Part shown: piece after piece, positions 39,751 through 51,836 of the stretch
Position numbering within the stretch: position 1 is the stretch's first letter
How the letters are laid out: each line of letters starts with the position of its first letter
Origin: Octopus bimaculoides
Lineage: Eukaryota
Direction: 5' to 3'
DNA length: 64,000 nt
Assembly (NCBI RefSeq): GCF_001194135.2
Contig: NC_068999.1
Location: 40,210,317 to 40,274,316 of the forward strand
Position numbers and translations under genes: made by a program
The notes under the pieces: model-generated
The model's input: only the letters and a program-made list of their open reading frames with translations
The model's database searches: none
Told to the model about the DNA's origin: nothing

Positions 39751-40924
39751 AACAGTTTTTTTGTGTTATAGAACAGAAAATAATTTTGTATTCGAATTTA
39801 TTTCATGTAAAAAAATTGTCTTATTTCGATAATTTCAACCAACCGCTGACAAGTATTCAGTTGTTTACATTCTATGGTGGGTGGGAAAACAGTATTTTGC
39901 AAATCTTAGAAGCGGAGAAAAACTTTTGAACACGTATCTGTTCATTCAGGGCTGTCTTGGCGCCTAGGCAACCATAACAAAATCCGTTTTGCTACTATCA
40001 CTGAGAGCAATATTACTCTAATACAGGAAGAGGTTTTCTACTAGATGTAACAGTCAGCTCTCCTTGAAATTTCATTGTAACGTTTTAAATAAGGAAGTAT
40101 TCATTTGTTCCTAAGTGTCTCGATATATCATTCCTCTGAATATGAAAATATATCATGGTCCCACCTGCGGCAAGTTAAAACATAGGTTTCCTGATTCAAG
40201 GATGAACACTGACGGTTAACCCAGATTAACAGCTGCAACAACAGTACCAACAACATATCTAACGCTTGACTCTTCTCTTACAAGACCTTACATTAACACA
40301 ACTTGCAACCTCTAGAAAATTGAAAACAAAAAATTCAAAAGAAAATATAAAAACTAAACTATTAATAACCTAAAGCTAATTTCGTTTGAACTTAACACAT
40401 CGTTGTTTTTTTCTTTTTCACCAGACTTTATTTTTGCTTCTTCCGTTTATGTGTAACACCTCTATTTTGCGGTGTAAATAATTAAAGTTAAAAGGCAGTA
40501 ACATTTAAATAATTATGAAACAAGAACAACCGACATGAATTTTTTTGTTGTTCTTCTAAATATATATTTTGAGAAAACTAATTTAATCACTGGCAAGTGT
40601 ATGTCAAGTTGTGTTGAAATAACAATTAACATTTTGTTGTCTCAGTTAATTATATTCTGTTAAACAATGTCTGAAAAAAAAACAACAACTTTATCTCTTT
40701 ATTAGGTGAAGATGAGATGTGTTATATATTGATTTTTGATATGTTTTACAAGCGAATAATATTCAACGAAGAAGTTATATTACAATGAACTCAATAGAAA
40801 CCATTATATTACTGCTATATATTCTGTTGCTGTGATATGAGTATTATGAGTTTAAAATACTCTTAATAACACTAAAATTAGATTCTTCACCTGTGTATTT
40901 ACTCCTTCAGTTAACAATATACTT

Positions 40925-41340
40925 AGGCGAGCTGGTAGAAACGATAGTACGACGGGAGAAATGCTTAGTGATATTTTGTCGATATTTACGTTCTGAGTTC
41001 AAATTCTGCCGAGGTCGATTTTCGTTTCATCCTTTCGGGGTCGATTAAATAAGTACCAATTATGCACTTGGGGTCGATGTAATCGACTTCATCCCTTTCT
41101 CTGTCCTTGTTTGTCCCCTCTATGTTTATCCCTCTATGGGTAATAGAGAAATAAATATTCTTAGGTGAGCTGGCAGAAACGTTAGCACTCCGGGCGAATG
41201 CTTAGCAATATGTTCTGAATTCAAATTCCGCTGTGATCGACTTTTCCTTTCACACTTTGAGGGCCAATAAATTAAATACCAGTTGCGACTGGCCTCTACA
41301 CCAAAATTGCGGGCTTTGTGTCTAGAATAGAAAAGAATAT
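40925..41340 (+). mobile_element. Two SINE A copies in head-to-tail tandem
   Basis: The family A head AGG(C/T)GAGCTGG occurs at about 40926 and again at about 41163, each followed by the core and a tail. Confidence 0.88.
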
Positions 41341-42409
41341 GCTGAGACGTCACCCCATCTTTTTTTCATCTCTGTACACATTTTGTACAGTCTAATGTTT
41401 TACATCGTCGAAATGCATTTGTAGCAACACCTGTATTCAGGTTCTACTCAACATTATGGTAACGAAACTAAAACCACCAGTAATTTAATATAATGACCAT
41501 TAAACAGTGTTTGCTAATCATTATAGCGTTGGAGAATGTTTTACAAGATTTTGTTTCCGGTTCTTTGTATCCGGAGTTCTAATGAAGCGAGTAATCCACT
41601 CCGCCTTTCGTCCTTCTTGGGTTCATAAATAAAATACCAGTCCAGTAGAAATGGAGATACTTTTCTCTCACTTTCTCTTCAGAAGAAATCATTTGTAGCC
41701 TATCAGGTCGAAAGAGGGGTTGGCTTTCCCAAACAACTCCTTTCAATATGCTGTATTATTTTACATCATTTTGCATTCCAGTTTCGAATCCTGCTGCAAT
41801 CGACTTCGTCTTCCATTTTCTTGTGCAAAAATATAATAAAGCACTTCTCAAGTGCTTAATACTCTCTCCTAAATCTGGGATTACTTTCTTATTACTAAAA
41901 AAACAAACATGGGTCTTGATATCGGCACAGGTTCATCAGCTTTTCAGATGATACCATTGACTGCACTACTTGATTGGTAAATTACTAATATTGACCCTGT
42001 TATTAACTAAAAAAGAAAACAAAAACGACCTCGTTCGGACGCAGAACATAAAGAGACAGAATAAGTAATAGATTTTGGTTTTCGTCGTTCTAACATTTCT
42101 TCCAGCTCGCTGCATTTAGAAATCAATAACAAGAAATATTTGCGTATTTCTTCACTTCAATGATCAATAAAAATATTTTTAAGCTCAGCCTCGACATAAT
42201 ACCTATATAGATATATTTACGAAAACTTTGTATAATGTATAAAAAGTTCATGCTCTAGGCGCATGTCTTCAGGTTCTAATCTAAGGCACGGTATCTAGTG
42301 TAGGTGCTTTCCTTCTTCGCTTCGAATTCCAACTTTGCCAATCTTTCATCCGTAGTGGGTTTGACCGCATGGATAAACTCCCTCCGCACATAATTTATTG
42401 TTTTTTTTC

Positions 42410-43290
42410 TTAATTAGAAACAAGTACTGATTGAATTGATTGGTACGCGTTCTGAACGGAGGTTATGGGTTAAGCTATTCATCACGTAAATCCTGCCAGA
42501 TCTTTCGTCTACGATGATGGAGGGAAGAAAGGCCTTATACGCTACATCAATCAAATAGACGTCCAATATATTAAAATCTAGCGACAGTGGGTCACCAATC
42601 GGATTGGCCCCTTTTAGATTTCTGATCTTCGTACGAATTGGCCAGGCGAGTTGTATTATAGTCCTGTTCGATTTCGCTAACATCAGCAAACAATGTTTGG
42701 ACCAGAGAATGGACAAGTCTAACCAAAATTATCTGATAAACCTTGTCCTTACCTTAAGGTCAACGTGACAAGATAATTCCGTTATATGGCAGCTCATTTG
42801 ATTACAGAGTAACACCATGTTTTACGGTTGAAGCTATCTTGAAAGCTTCTTTGGATTATCTCCAGACATAAGCTCGACTCGAATTGGAAAAACATATTGA
42901 ATTGTAATCCATTATAGAAAATGACGTTGTTCCTTTGACCATTGAAAGAAGTCTAAACATAAACGGTGTTGTTCCGGGAGAAGAACAATTTAGCAATGGC
43001 AGTCTTCTCGTAGTATCTAGCTCTCTCGAGCTCACAGCAAACTGTTTTTTGTTTACTCAGGTTTGACATGCTGATGGTTTAGCTGTCGTTTCAATTTTGC
43101 TACTGTAGTTCGATGGCCTTTGGTAACAATTCGTTGAAAATGTTCTACATGCCGTCTCTTGAGCTTTGCATTCTGTGTAAAATTCTGCTTTGTCAAGCTG
43201 GTTTTTACCTTGAGTTTGGAATGGTAACATGATTTTAGATATTGTTTCTCTTGAAACTTTAGTGATTTCAGCAATATTCGTGATTCAAGC
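42410..43290 (-). mobile_element. Decayed Tc1 (DD34E) transposase
   Basis: Minus-strand pieces in the expected order: RIVTKGHRTTVAKL; KT..ELERARY..TAIAK; VWR.SKEAF; TVKHG; AAI; GKDKVYQIILVRLVHSLVQTLF..QDYN; W.P..DFNILD. This follows Tc1 (VKHGGGSVM.W.AI, DQVHPMVQTLF..FQDDNA, WPPQSPDLN.IE). Confidence 0.85.
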
Positions 43291-44098
43291 TCCGATCATC
43301 CCTGCTCCAATAATTTCTATTCTTTAGAAATCAGACTGGGCAATCATTCTGCTTTGTTTTAAAATGTAAAGAGTAGTTAAACTAAAAATAATAATAAAAT
43401 AGTGTGTTATATCATACAGAATAATGTGTATATATATATATATATATATATAATGCATATGAAGACATATACAAAGAGATCAGAACAATTTAATATTTGT
43501 AATATTGCACAAAGACACGTTATATAAAGTGTTGTTTCCATTATTTTGTCCAGTTATATGGAAGCACGATTGTGAGTGCGTGCCCATTTGCGTGAGTCTG
43601 TGCGCGTCTAATTGCGTGTGTCTATATGTGTGTCCAATTTTGCATGTGTGTGTGTGTTGTGTGCGCGCACGTGTACGTGCGTACGTGTAGGAGCTGCGTC
43701 AACATTTAAATGCGCAATAGGTTCATCTAGAGAACAATGTGATGAAAATAAAGCTCACATATCGAATATGGACATTTGATTTGATAGACATTGCGATTGC
43801 GAAATAGCGGATGACTAGATCGATGTCAATATGCATAGATCTATATCTTCTAACCTCCGTTAAAGAATCTGCTCATATATATTTGCAACCTTTTTGTAAA
43901 GAGAGAGAATATCCATTCATATCCATGAATAATTCGTTAAATTAGAATATTGCTGCAAAAATAGTAACATGGTCAATACGACTTTGTGCTAACATTGAAG
44001 ACTATATTTTGACAAAATGACACTCATGTATAATACGCATCCAGTGATTAGCTACTGCATATACATACATCCATATATACGTAAATACACCCACGCAC

Positions 44099-44148
<50 letters not shown>

Positions 44149-44214
44149 CAGAGAGATAGAGAAAGAGAGGCAGTGAGTTAACCATAGATACTGAATAGAG
44201 AAATGGACAGACAG

Positions 44215-44260
<46 letters not shown>

Positions 44261-45059
44261 CTAATAAAACCTATAGATTATTCAGTCGGACATTAAATTC
44301 TGCAATAGGATATTGTTAATACAATGAATGGAGATCAATAACACAGATGGTGCCAGATTGGAATTTTCCAAAATAAATATCACCATACATATACGAATTG
44401 TTTCTGGTGTCGTGTACCATTCCCAAATGGTAAGAATGAAAAACATTGTACGTGAGGTTATCCCAATTATATCAATGCGTTTAGTCAATCTTACCGAACG
44501 AAATTGAGAAATAAGTTATTAACATTTCATGCGTAAGGCTTGTCGGCCATGTATTTATAAACAGATGTTTACTGGTGATAGATGGAGACTTGGAATCCAT
44601 AGTTGACAAAACAATTTACCAAATTTGCGAATAAGTTGAGGCTGGATAGATAAGGTAGATTATCTAGACTATCACAGGGTGTACACGTTCGGAGTAAACG
44701 GGGATAAAATGCTGGTGTAACTTTTATGCGATGAAGTGTTTCGTATAGTTATTGTAAGTGCTGTAAAATAAAGAATAATGTAATGTAATGCAATTTTGTG
44801 TGGGGTGTGCACGTGTGCATGTGTGTGTGTGCGTGGGCGTGTGTGTGTGTGTGTGTGTGTGTATTGTAGAATATGCATGACAAGTAGAACAGAATCTATG
44901 AATACAAAATTCATTCATATTTAATGAACAGAAAGTAGAAGATGTGAGTCAAGAGGAGAAAGTTTCGTTCTCAAAACCTATTGAAAATTCCCAAATAGAA
45001 GAGTCCTGCACTGGAGTCACTTTCATAACTTTTTGTCGATTAAATAATAACAACAAGAA

Positions 45060-45425
45060 CAAAAATAATAATCCTTTCTACTATACTCACAAGCTAAGTC
45101 GACCACGGCTTAATTTGAACTCAGAACGACTAAATGCCGCTGAGCATTTGCCCGGCCTGCTAACAATTCTGCCAGTTTACTGCATTAGCAACAAGAATAG
45201 TCCTTTCTACTATAGGCACAAAGCATGAAATTTCGGGTGAGTGGTTAAGACGTTTACTTCAACCCCAGTATTCAACTGGTACTTAATATGTTGAGACCGA
45301 AAGGATGAAAGGAAAAGTTGACCTGGACGTAATTTGAGTTCAGAACTTAATGGCAGACGAAATACTGTGAAGCATTTCGCCCGACGTGCTAGCCATTCTG
45401 CCAGCTTGCCGGCTTGTAAACTACG
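45060..45425 (-). mobile_element. Two SINE A copies in tandem
   Basis: Reverse-complement family A heads at about 45160-45185 and 45395-45415, with cores. Confidence 0.82.
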
Positions 45426-45939
45426 ATGATAACAAACGACCAAAAGGGATTAGAAATCCTGGAAGATACCAGTAAAGCACTCAACATTAAAAGAATTTGG
45501 AGACGTATATGTATATATTCGTCAGAACATAGTCTAATGTTGTGATAAAAAATTCTCAATAATTTATCAGGAAGAGACAACTACTGATATGCAGGGCATG
45601 TATACACGATTTACGCAAATGTATTTAATATATGCAGCTATTCGCTTTCATCGGCAGGGTTTCGAATCGCTTGCAAAACATTTATGTCCCTCTACTCAAC
45701 GTATTTTATACAGAAACACAACCTGTACTCAAGTATAAGATCTATTTAGTAGATCACTTCGAAATGTTGGCAACCCTTTCACAGCAGCATCTGGACGGAC
45801 ATGTTGTGGAGATTAGTGCTGATATACTCTCTCAATAAAAGATTGCAGCCCAGGCCATTTTTGTCTAACAACGCCATTAATAAAAACAAACATCCTTAAT
45901 GATATATTTCAAAACGTAATCTATATATATATGTATAAG

Positions 45940-46147
45940 CAATTGAAGCGTGGAAGGTGTTTATAAGCCATTTAAGAAGCACACAAAAACCATTAGATTC
46001 ACTTCAACATTTAATTTTAATTTGCCAAAATAGTTTCGTCGCTTTGAGACCGCGACAAGTTCACTGACAAAATTCCGTGCTGCAGTGAATCTAACGGCTT
46101 TTGTATGTTTCTTAAATGGCTTACAAACACCTCCCACGCTGCAATTG
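45940..46147. repeat. 64-bp inverted repeat with 80-nt spacer (fold-back repeat element)
   Basis: Arms 45940-46003 and 46084-46147 are 57/64 identical as reverse complements. Confidence 0.93.
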
Positions 46148-46231
46148 TTTTCGTTCCAGCACACGATCTCAGGTCAGATCATTTGCTATGCAAGTACATT
46201 TGCGCAATATATATGTATGTATGTATGTACG

Positions 46232-46270
<39 letters not shown>

Positions 46271-49200
46271 NNNNNNNNNNNNNNNNNNNNNNNNNNNNNN
46301 NNNNNNNNNNNNNNNNNNNNNNNNNNNNNNNNNNNNNNNNNNNNNNNNNNNNNNNNNNNNNNNNNNNNNNNNNNNNNNNNNNNNNNNNNNNNNNNNNNNN
46401 NNNNNNNNNNNNNNNNNNNNNNNNNNNNNNNNNNNTATATGTATATACGTGTGTATGGGCAAGTATGTGTGCTTAGAGACAGTGAGGGAGAGAGTGAGTA
46501 GAGAGAGTGGGAGAAAGGGAGAGAGTGAGAGAAATGGAGAGAGTTACTATTAGGTGAACAAACAGAAGAACGTATCATATTGCCGACTTACGCAGCGATG
46601 AAGTATTTAATAACACGCTTATGTAGCTACATTAGTTGAATTTCCTTAGGGAAACATATACATCTCTCTCCGATATATCGAGTATTGTGGATGGATGTAT
46701 ATATGTACGTATGTTCGTTTTCTATTTCTCTTTTCAACTTTGAAATAATTTTGACAAGCTACCTGCTTGATAGTAAGATTGCGTGAAAGAAAGCATCTTG
46801 TTTTGTTTATCATCCTTTAAATCTTAAGGAGGTGTGCAGATATTTATTGTCCCAGATATTAGAATCGTTTATATCCTTGAATGTGTGTTCTCCTCCCAAG
46901 AATTCAGTATTACTTTGCTCCCGGCAGAATGGTACTTGCTCTGTTGCTGCAGATACAATGTGAATCTGAATGTATATTTTAGATATAGGAATTTCAAACT
47001 TCTTGTCAATAGTCCTAAGATATTCTCTTCGCCTTCTCCTGCATCTTTCTGACCACATATGTGTATGTCAGTATTCAGTTTATTTCGAGATTAATTGCCA
47101 ATAGAGAAAGAACCGGTTTCTAACCTAAATACAAGGCTCATTCATTGGAATTTCAGCATCAACAATAACTATGAATTTCCAAAACTGAAATTTCAAGTAA
47201 TTTAAAGTATAATTTCATGAGAAATGATCGCACATATCTACAGCAGACCCTCACGATTTGCAATTAGGCTAATTAGCAACGCTTGATATATGGGTGATCG
47301 TTACAGTGTAAGGAAGTCTAACATTCGCCCTGTCTGAATCCCAAATCTCTTTGTTCTATGTGAGAAAATAAACCGGATTTATTAAGGGACCGAAACGTGA
47401 TAGAGAATTGAAAATTTGCCATAAAATGACAAACTGGCCTAGAGCACACCAAATAAATTACAATTAAGCTAATTAGAGATATTAGACATAACGAGGCCAA
47501 TTATACATTAGGAAGATTGTGACATGCCCCTATCATAGTGCGCAAATTAATTATGATCCCTGTCATGAACGTTTTTGTTATATTACTGCTTATGTATTGT
47601 TGCTGTTGCTAGTATTTATCAACTTCCCGATATGACTGAGCTGTGGATTGCGAGCAGAGGCACTCTAGCCATCAATACTTAATGCTTTCATCCGGAAGTA
47701 ATGCCTTTTTTCTTTTCAGTCATTGGATTGCAGCCATACGGGGGGGGGGGTACCCGCTTTGAAGGGCTTCAGTCACTTGAATAGTATTTTTATTTCTTTA
47801 AGCATGGCATCTATTCTATCGATTTCTATGTTGGAAACGTAAACAAACCCAAACGCAATAACACTTTTACATTAACGACAGGCTTCATTCACAAGGATTC
47901 GGTCAGCCCATAGCTCTTTCAGAAGTCACCTGCCGTGGGGCTACGCAGTTGGACTGAACCTGGAACCATATCATAAGNNNNNNNNNNATATATACACGCA
48001 TACATGCATATGCATGTGTATACTTCTTACCACACAGGCATGTCTGCGCATATGTTAACTAATTTCCAAAAGATTCTTTAGATAACTACAGTATATTGCT
48101 ACTTTAAAGTACTTTGGAGTACTTTTACTAAAACAGTGCAAATACTATCAGGAATTTCTGACATATTTTATGTGGTGTGGAATTTCAATAAATTACTCAT
48201 TTTATATATTTTTACTTAAAATTAAATAAATCAAAAATCTAGGAAAACTAAAATAAGAAAATAATCAAACCATCTCTGGAATAAATTTCAAATGGAATGT
48301 ATTTTGATGCTTTGCCTTATTTGTAGACCAGACGCCATATTTCATTTATATTCAGAAAATAATCTATCCTTGTGAGCAGCATATCAGTATATTCATATTT
48401 ATTGTACAAACAAACACATACACGCATATACACACACAGGAGTGCGCTTACAGAGAGCTACATACACATGAATCAACGGACACACTCAGAGACATTAATA
48501 CACATACAAACGCAGGTAATATGGAAACTAAACATATAAGACATATGGTCATATAAACGTATAGTTGCATATGTAAGTTCATAAGTAGCGAAAGTACACA
48601 TACGCATACGCAAATCATACAAAAATCATACGCACACGTGAAAACACGAGCATACAAAAAAAAAAAAAATTCAGTTTTTCTGACGTTATTTTCCACCAGA
48701 GTGGTTTGAAGTGGCTTGTGTTTGTAGGTGGTTCTGTTTATTAGATTATATAAAGAATTTCATAGGGTATCTAATGTATGCTCGTGGCAGAATGCAGAAA
48801 TTGTTTTTAAAATTGTAATTCGTATGCATATGAGAGCGGGTGTGCACGTGTTTGGATATGTATTTATTTATTATGCATCTATCCACATACCTATAAATAT
48901 ATATATGTGCACGTATATATATGAATGCGTGTCTGTGGATATATATGAATGTTTCTCTGCATATANNNNNNNNNNNNNNNNNNNNNNNNNNNNNNNNNNN
49001 NNNNNNNNNNNNNNNNNNNNNNNNNNNNNNNNNNNNNNNNNNNNNNNNNNNNNNNNNNNNNNNNNNNNNNNNNNNNNNNNNNNNNNNNNNNNNNNNNNNN
49101 NNNNNNNNNNNNNNNNNNNNNNNNNNNNNNNNNNNNNNNNNNNNNNNNNNNNNNNNNNNNNNNNNNNNNNNNNNNNNNNNNNNNNNNNNNNNNNNNNNNN

Positions 49201-49355
49201 NNNNNNNNNNNNNNNNNNNNNNNNNNNNNNNNNNNNNNNNNNNNNNNNNNNNNNNNNNNNNNNNNNNNNNNNNNNNNNNNNNNNNNNNNNNNNNNNNNNN
49301 NNNNNNNNNNNNNNNNNNNNNNNNNNNNNNNNNNNNNNNNNNNNNNNNNNNNNNN

Positions 49356-49392
<37 letters not shown>

Positions 49393-49829
49393 GCTTGGCT
49401 ACAGCTGGTCGCAAGTGATCAAACAATATTTTTTATAGTATCTGATATCTTCAATGCTTGATTTCAACCTGCTATACCTTACCTCATGAAGTTGAAATTT
49501 ACAGACGAAAGATTAATATCTATACAAAAATAGATCGATCTCAACAGCAAGATGTTTCCGAAGGTCGAAAACACACATGTAAACTTCAGGAATTTTGGAA
49601 AGATACTGACGATCTTTGAATACCTTCACATGTTGCATTCGTCGACTTGCTCAGCGAAAAATAATGCAGCTGCTACCTTCTGGTAGATCTCTTTGCTTAT
49701 TTGAAGTCTTCTCTACTTGCATAGATATGTATCATTTATTTTCCTGTTAATATTGAGTCAATCGTTAGACGTTACGCTTTCGCGTGGAATTCTATATAGG
49801 GATATATTCCTTTCTACTTTGGCAAAAAG

Positions 49830-50030
49830 CTCGAAATTTTTGGAGAGGGGACTAGCCAATTAGCTCGAGCACAGAACGCAACTAGTACTTAAATTATCGA
49901 CCCCGAAATGATGAATGGCAAAGTCAACCTCGGCGGAATTTGAATTCAGAACGTAAAGACAGAGAAAATGCCGCTAAGCATATCGCTCGCCGTGCTAACG
50001 TTTCTGCAAGCTCGCCACCTTTATATCGGG
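49830..50030 (-). mobile_element. SINE A
   Basis: Reverse complement reads GGTGGCGAGCTTGCAGAAACGTTAGCAC...GTTCTGAATTCAAATTCCGCCGAGGTTGACTTTGCC. Confidence 0.9.
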
Positions 50031-50046
50031 ATATATTGATAGAAAC

Positions 50047-50345
50047 TACGAGAAGGTACCCAAAAGTAACCGGAAGCATTCTCTATGGGACGAATCCGTT
50101 GTATTTCAGGCTTCCGCAGATAGAAGCCACTTGATGCGATCTTCAGGCATCCGTCTGCCATTCGGCGTCGTCATGTGGAGTCGTACTACAACGTGGTGCA
50201 TCTGTTTTATAGTGTTTCTCCTCGGTTCGTCGATTTTAGTAATGGCTGAAATGAATGAACATCGTCCTTACAAGGACGCGGCCATGAGCAAAAGACAAGT
50301 TTATGAGTTGTTTCCACGTTTTAGGAATGAACACTTGTCGTTCAG
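50047..50345 (+). mobile_element. Mariner 5' end (TIR plus internally deleted transposase N-terminus)
   Basis: Starts TACGAGAAGGTACCCAAAAGTAACCGGAA (mariner-type TIR). MAEMNEHR/PYKDAAMSKRQVYELFPRFRNEHLS matches the mariner HTH region AYxDAAMSxxQVYEWFxRFxxGxxS. Confidence 0.85.
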
Positions 50346-51447
50346 ATGCTTATACAGATGCATATGCATGTATATATATATGTATATACATATATACATT
50401 CATATGCATGTATATATATATGTATGTATATACATACATACATAAATACATACATACATACATATAAATAGGCACTCTTACATATATTTCCTTTCCTATA
50501 TAAATTATACATAAGGGTACACAAATATGTTTTATTTATGTGTATGTATAAATGTTGCTATTCATATTAATGCGTTTGTGTGTGAGTTTTTGTGAATTTA
50601 TGTGACATACATTTGAAAGAAATCTATTTGCATTAAGGTGCCGACTTGAAAAACGAAAATTAGACAGTTAGTAACATTTCCTAATTTATTTATGACGTGT
50701 ACTGTATATAGACTATAACAGCTCCGTAAATGATGCGGCTATAGCAAAGGTTTAACAGAAGTGGGAATAAAATAAGCCAACAATTTGACAAACAAATCAT
50801 TCTGTATTTACATTTCCGTAAGTTCAACATAAATAACTTACATATAAATACATTAGTAGTTCAGGAAATCATTCGGAGGTGAAGCGATAGGTAACTTATA
50901 TGAGAAAGTATTAAAAACGAAGCAGATATTAGATGCAAAAGTACAATTTCTCGTATTTATAGCAGCATATTCTACAGTAGAAGGCCAAACGTTTTAGCGA
51001 TAAACTGATTTAATATTCATTCTAACGAAACAAAACTTGTTCTGCCTTATGACTGTGTGTCGTAAATGGAAATTGTGTGTGAAATCCATCAGTGAGTTCG
51101 ATTCTTATTCGCTTTCAATATCATCCTGGCTTCTTAGATATCTTTAGAGGGGTCTCTTCTATTGCAGTCAATCCTATCAGGTATCCGATCTCAGAAAAAT
51201 TTCCTCCATTTGCCTCTAAATATTTATATGTTGTACTTCTGTAACAAATAAAAATATAACCCATAGTTACAATACCTTCACCCTGTCAAGTAGGCTTTTG
51301 GTTTTAATTCTTCTGAGTTGGTTTATTAAATATATTCACTCATAGACTTCCGGTATCAAGTTATCGTATCTACATCATATAACTTGAAAGTACTAAAATA
51401 ATAAGATAGGTTTAATTTTTTTTGTTATCTTCATTATATTAAATTTA

Positions 51448-51596
51448 TTAGCTTGCTTACCAACCACATGGTTCCGGGTTCATTCCCACTGCGTGGCACC
51501 TTGGGCAAGTGTCTTCTGCTATAGCCTCGGGCCGACCAAAGCCTTGTGAGTGGATTTGGTAGACGGAAACTGAAAGAGGCCCGTCGTATATATATG

Positions 51597-51633
<37 letters not shown>

Positions 51634-51836
51634 TTGTCCCCCCAACATTGCTTGACAACCGATGGTGGTGTGTTTATGTCCCCGTAACTTAGCGGTTCGG
51701 CCAAAAAGAGATCGATAGAATAAGTACTAGGCTTACAAAGAATAAGTCCTGGGGTCGATTTGCTCGACTAAAGGCGGTGCTCCAGCATGGCCGCAGTCAA
51801 ATGACTGAAACAAGTAAAAGAGTAAAAGAGTAAAAG
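51448..51836 (+). mobile_element. Young, near full-length SINE B
   Basis: B-box-like GGTTCATTCCC, body CCTTGGGCAAGTGTCTTC..GGCCGACCAAAGCCTTGTGAGTGGATTTGGTAGACGGAAACTG, central microsatellite, (GAGTAAAA)n tail. Confidence 0.95.

Noticed and set aside
42414-42760. Minus-strand frame ending ..EDQKSKRGQSDW* (prohormone-like) and the 100-aa track ORF
   Set aside because: Collinear with a Tc1 DD34E transposase (VHxxVQTLF, QDxN, WPxQSPDLN); a decayed transposon.
44282-44488. 68-aa hydrophobic minus-strand ORF with an open antisense frame
   Set aside because: No ATG start in good context, no recognisable family, and no consistent acceptor-donor pair.
50131-50445. ORF resembling a neuropeptide precursor (MWSRTTTWCICFIVFLLGSSILVMA..SKRQVYELFPRF)
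   Set aside because: It lies behind a mariner TIR, and YKDAAMSKRQVYELFPRFRN is the mariner HTH region. The apparent signal peptide is translated transposon 5' UTR.
51448-51836. tRNA genes at SINE heads
   Set aside because: Only degenerate A/B boxes fused to SINE bodies; no complete cloverleaf seen.
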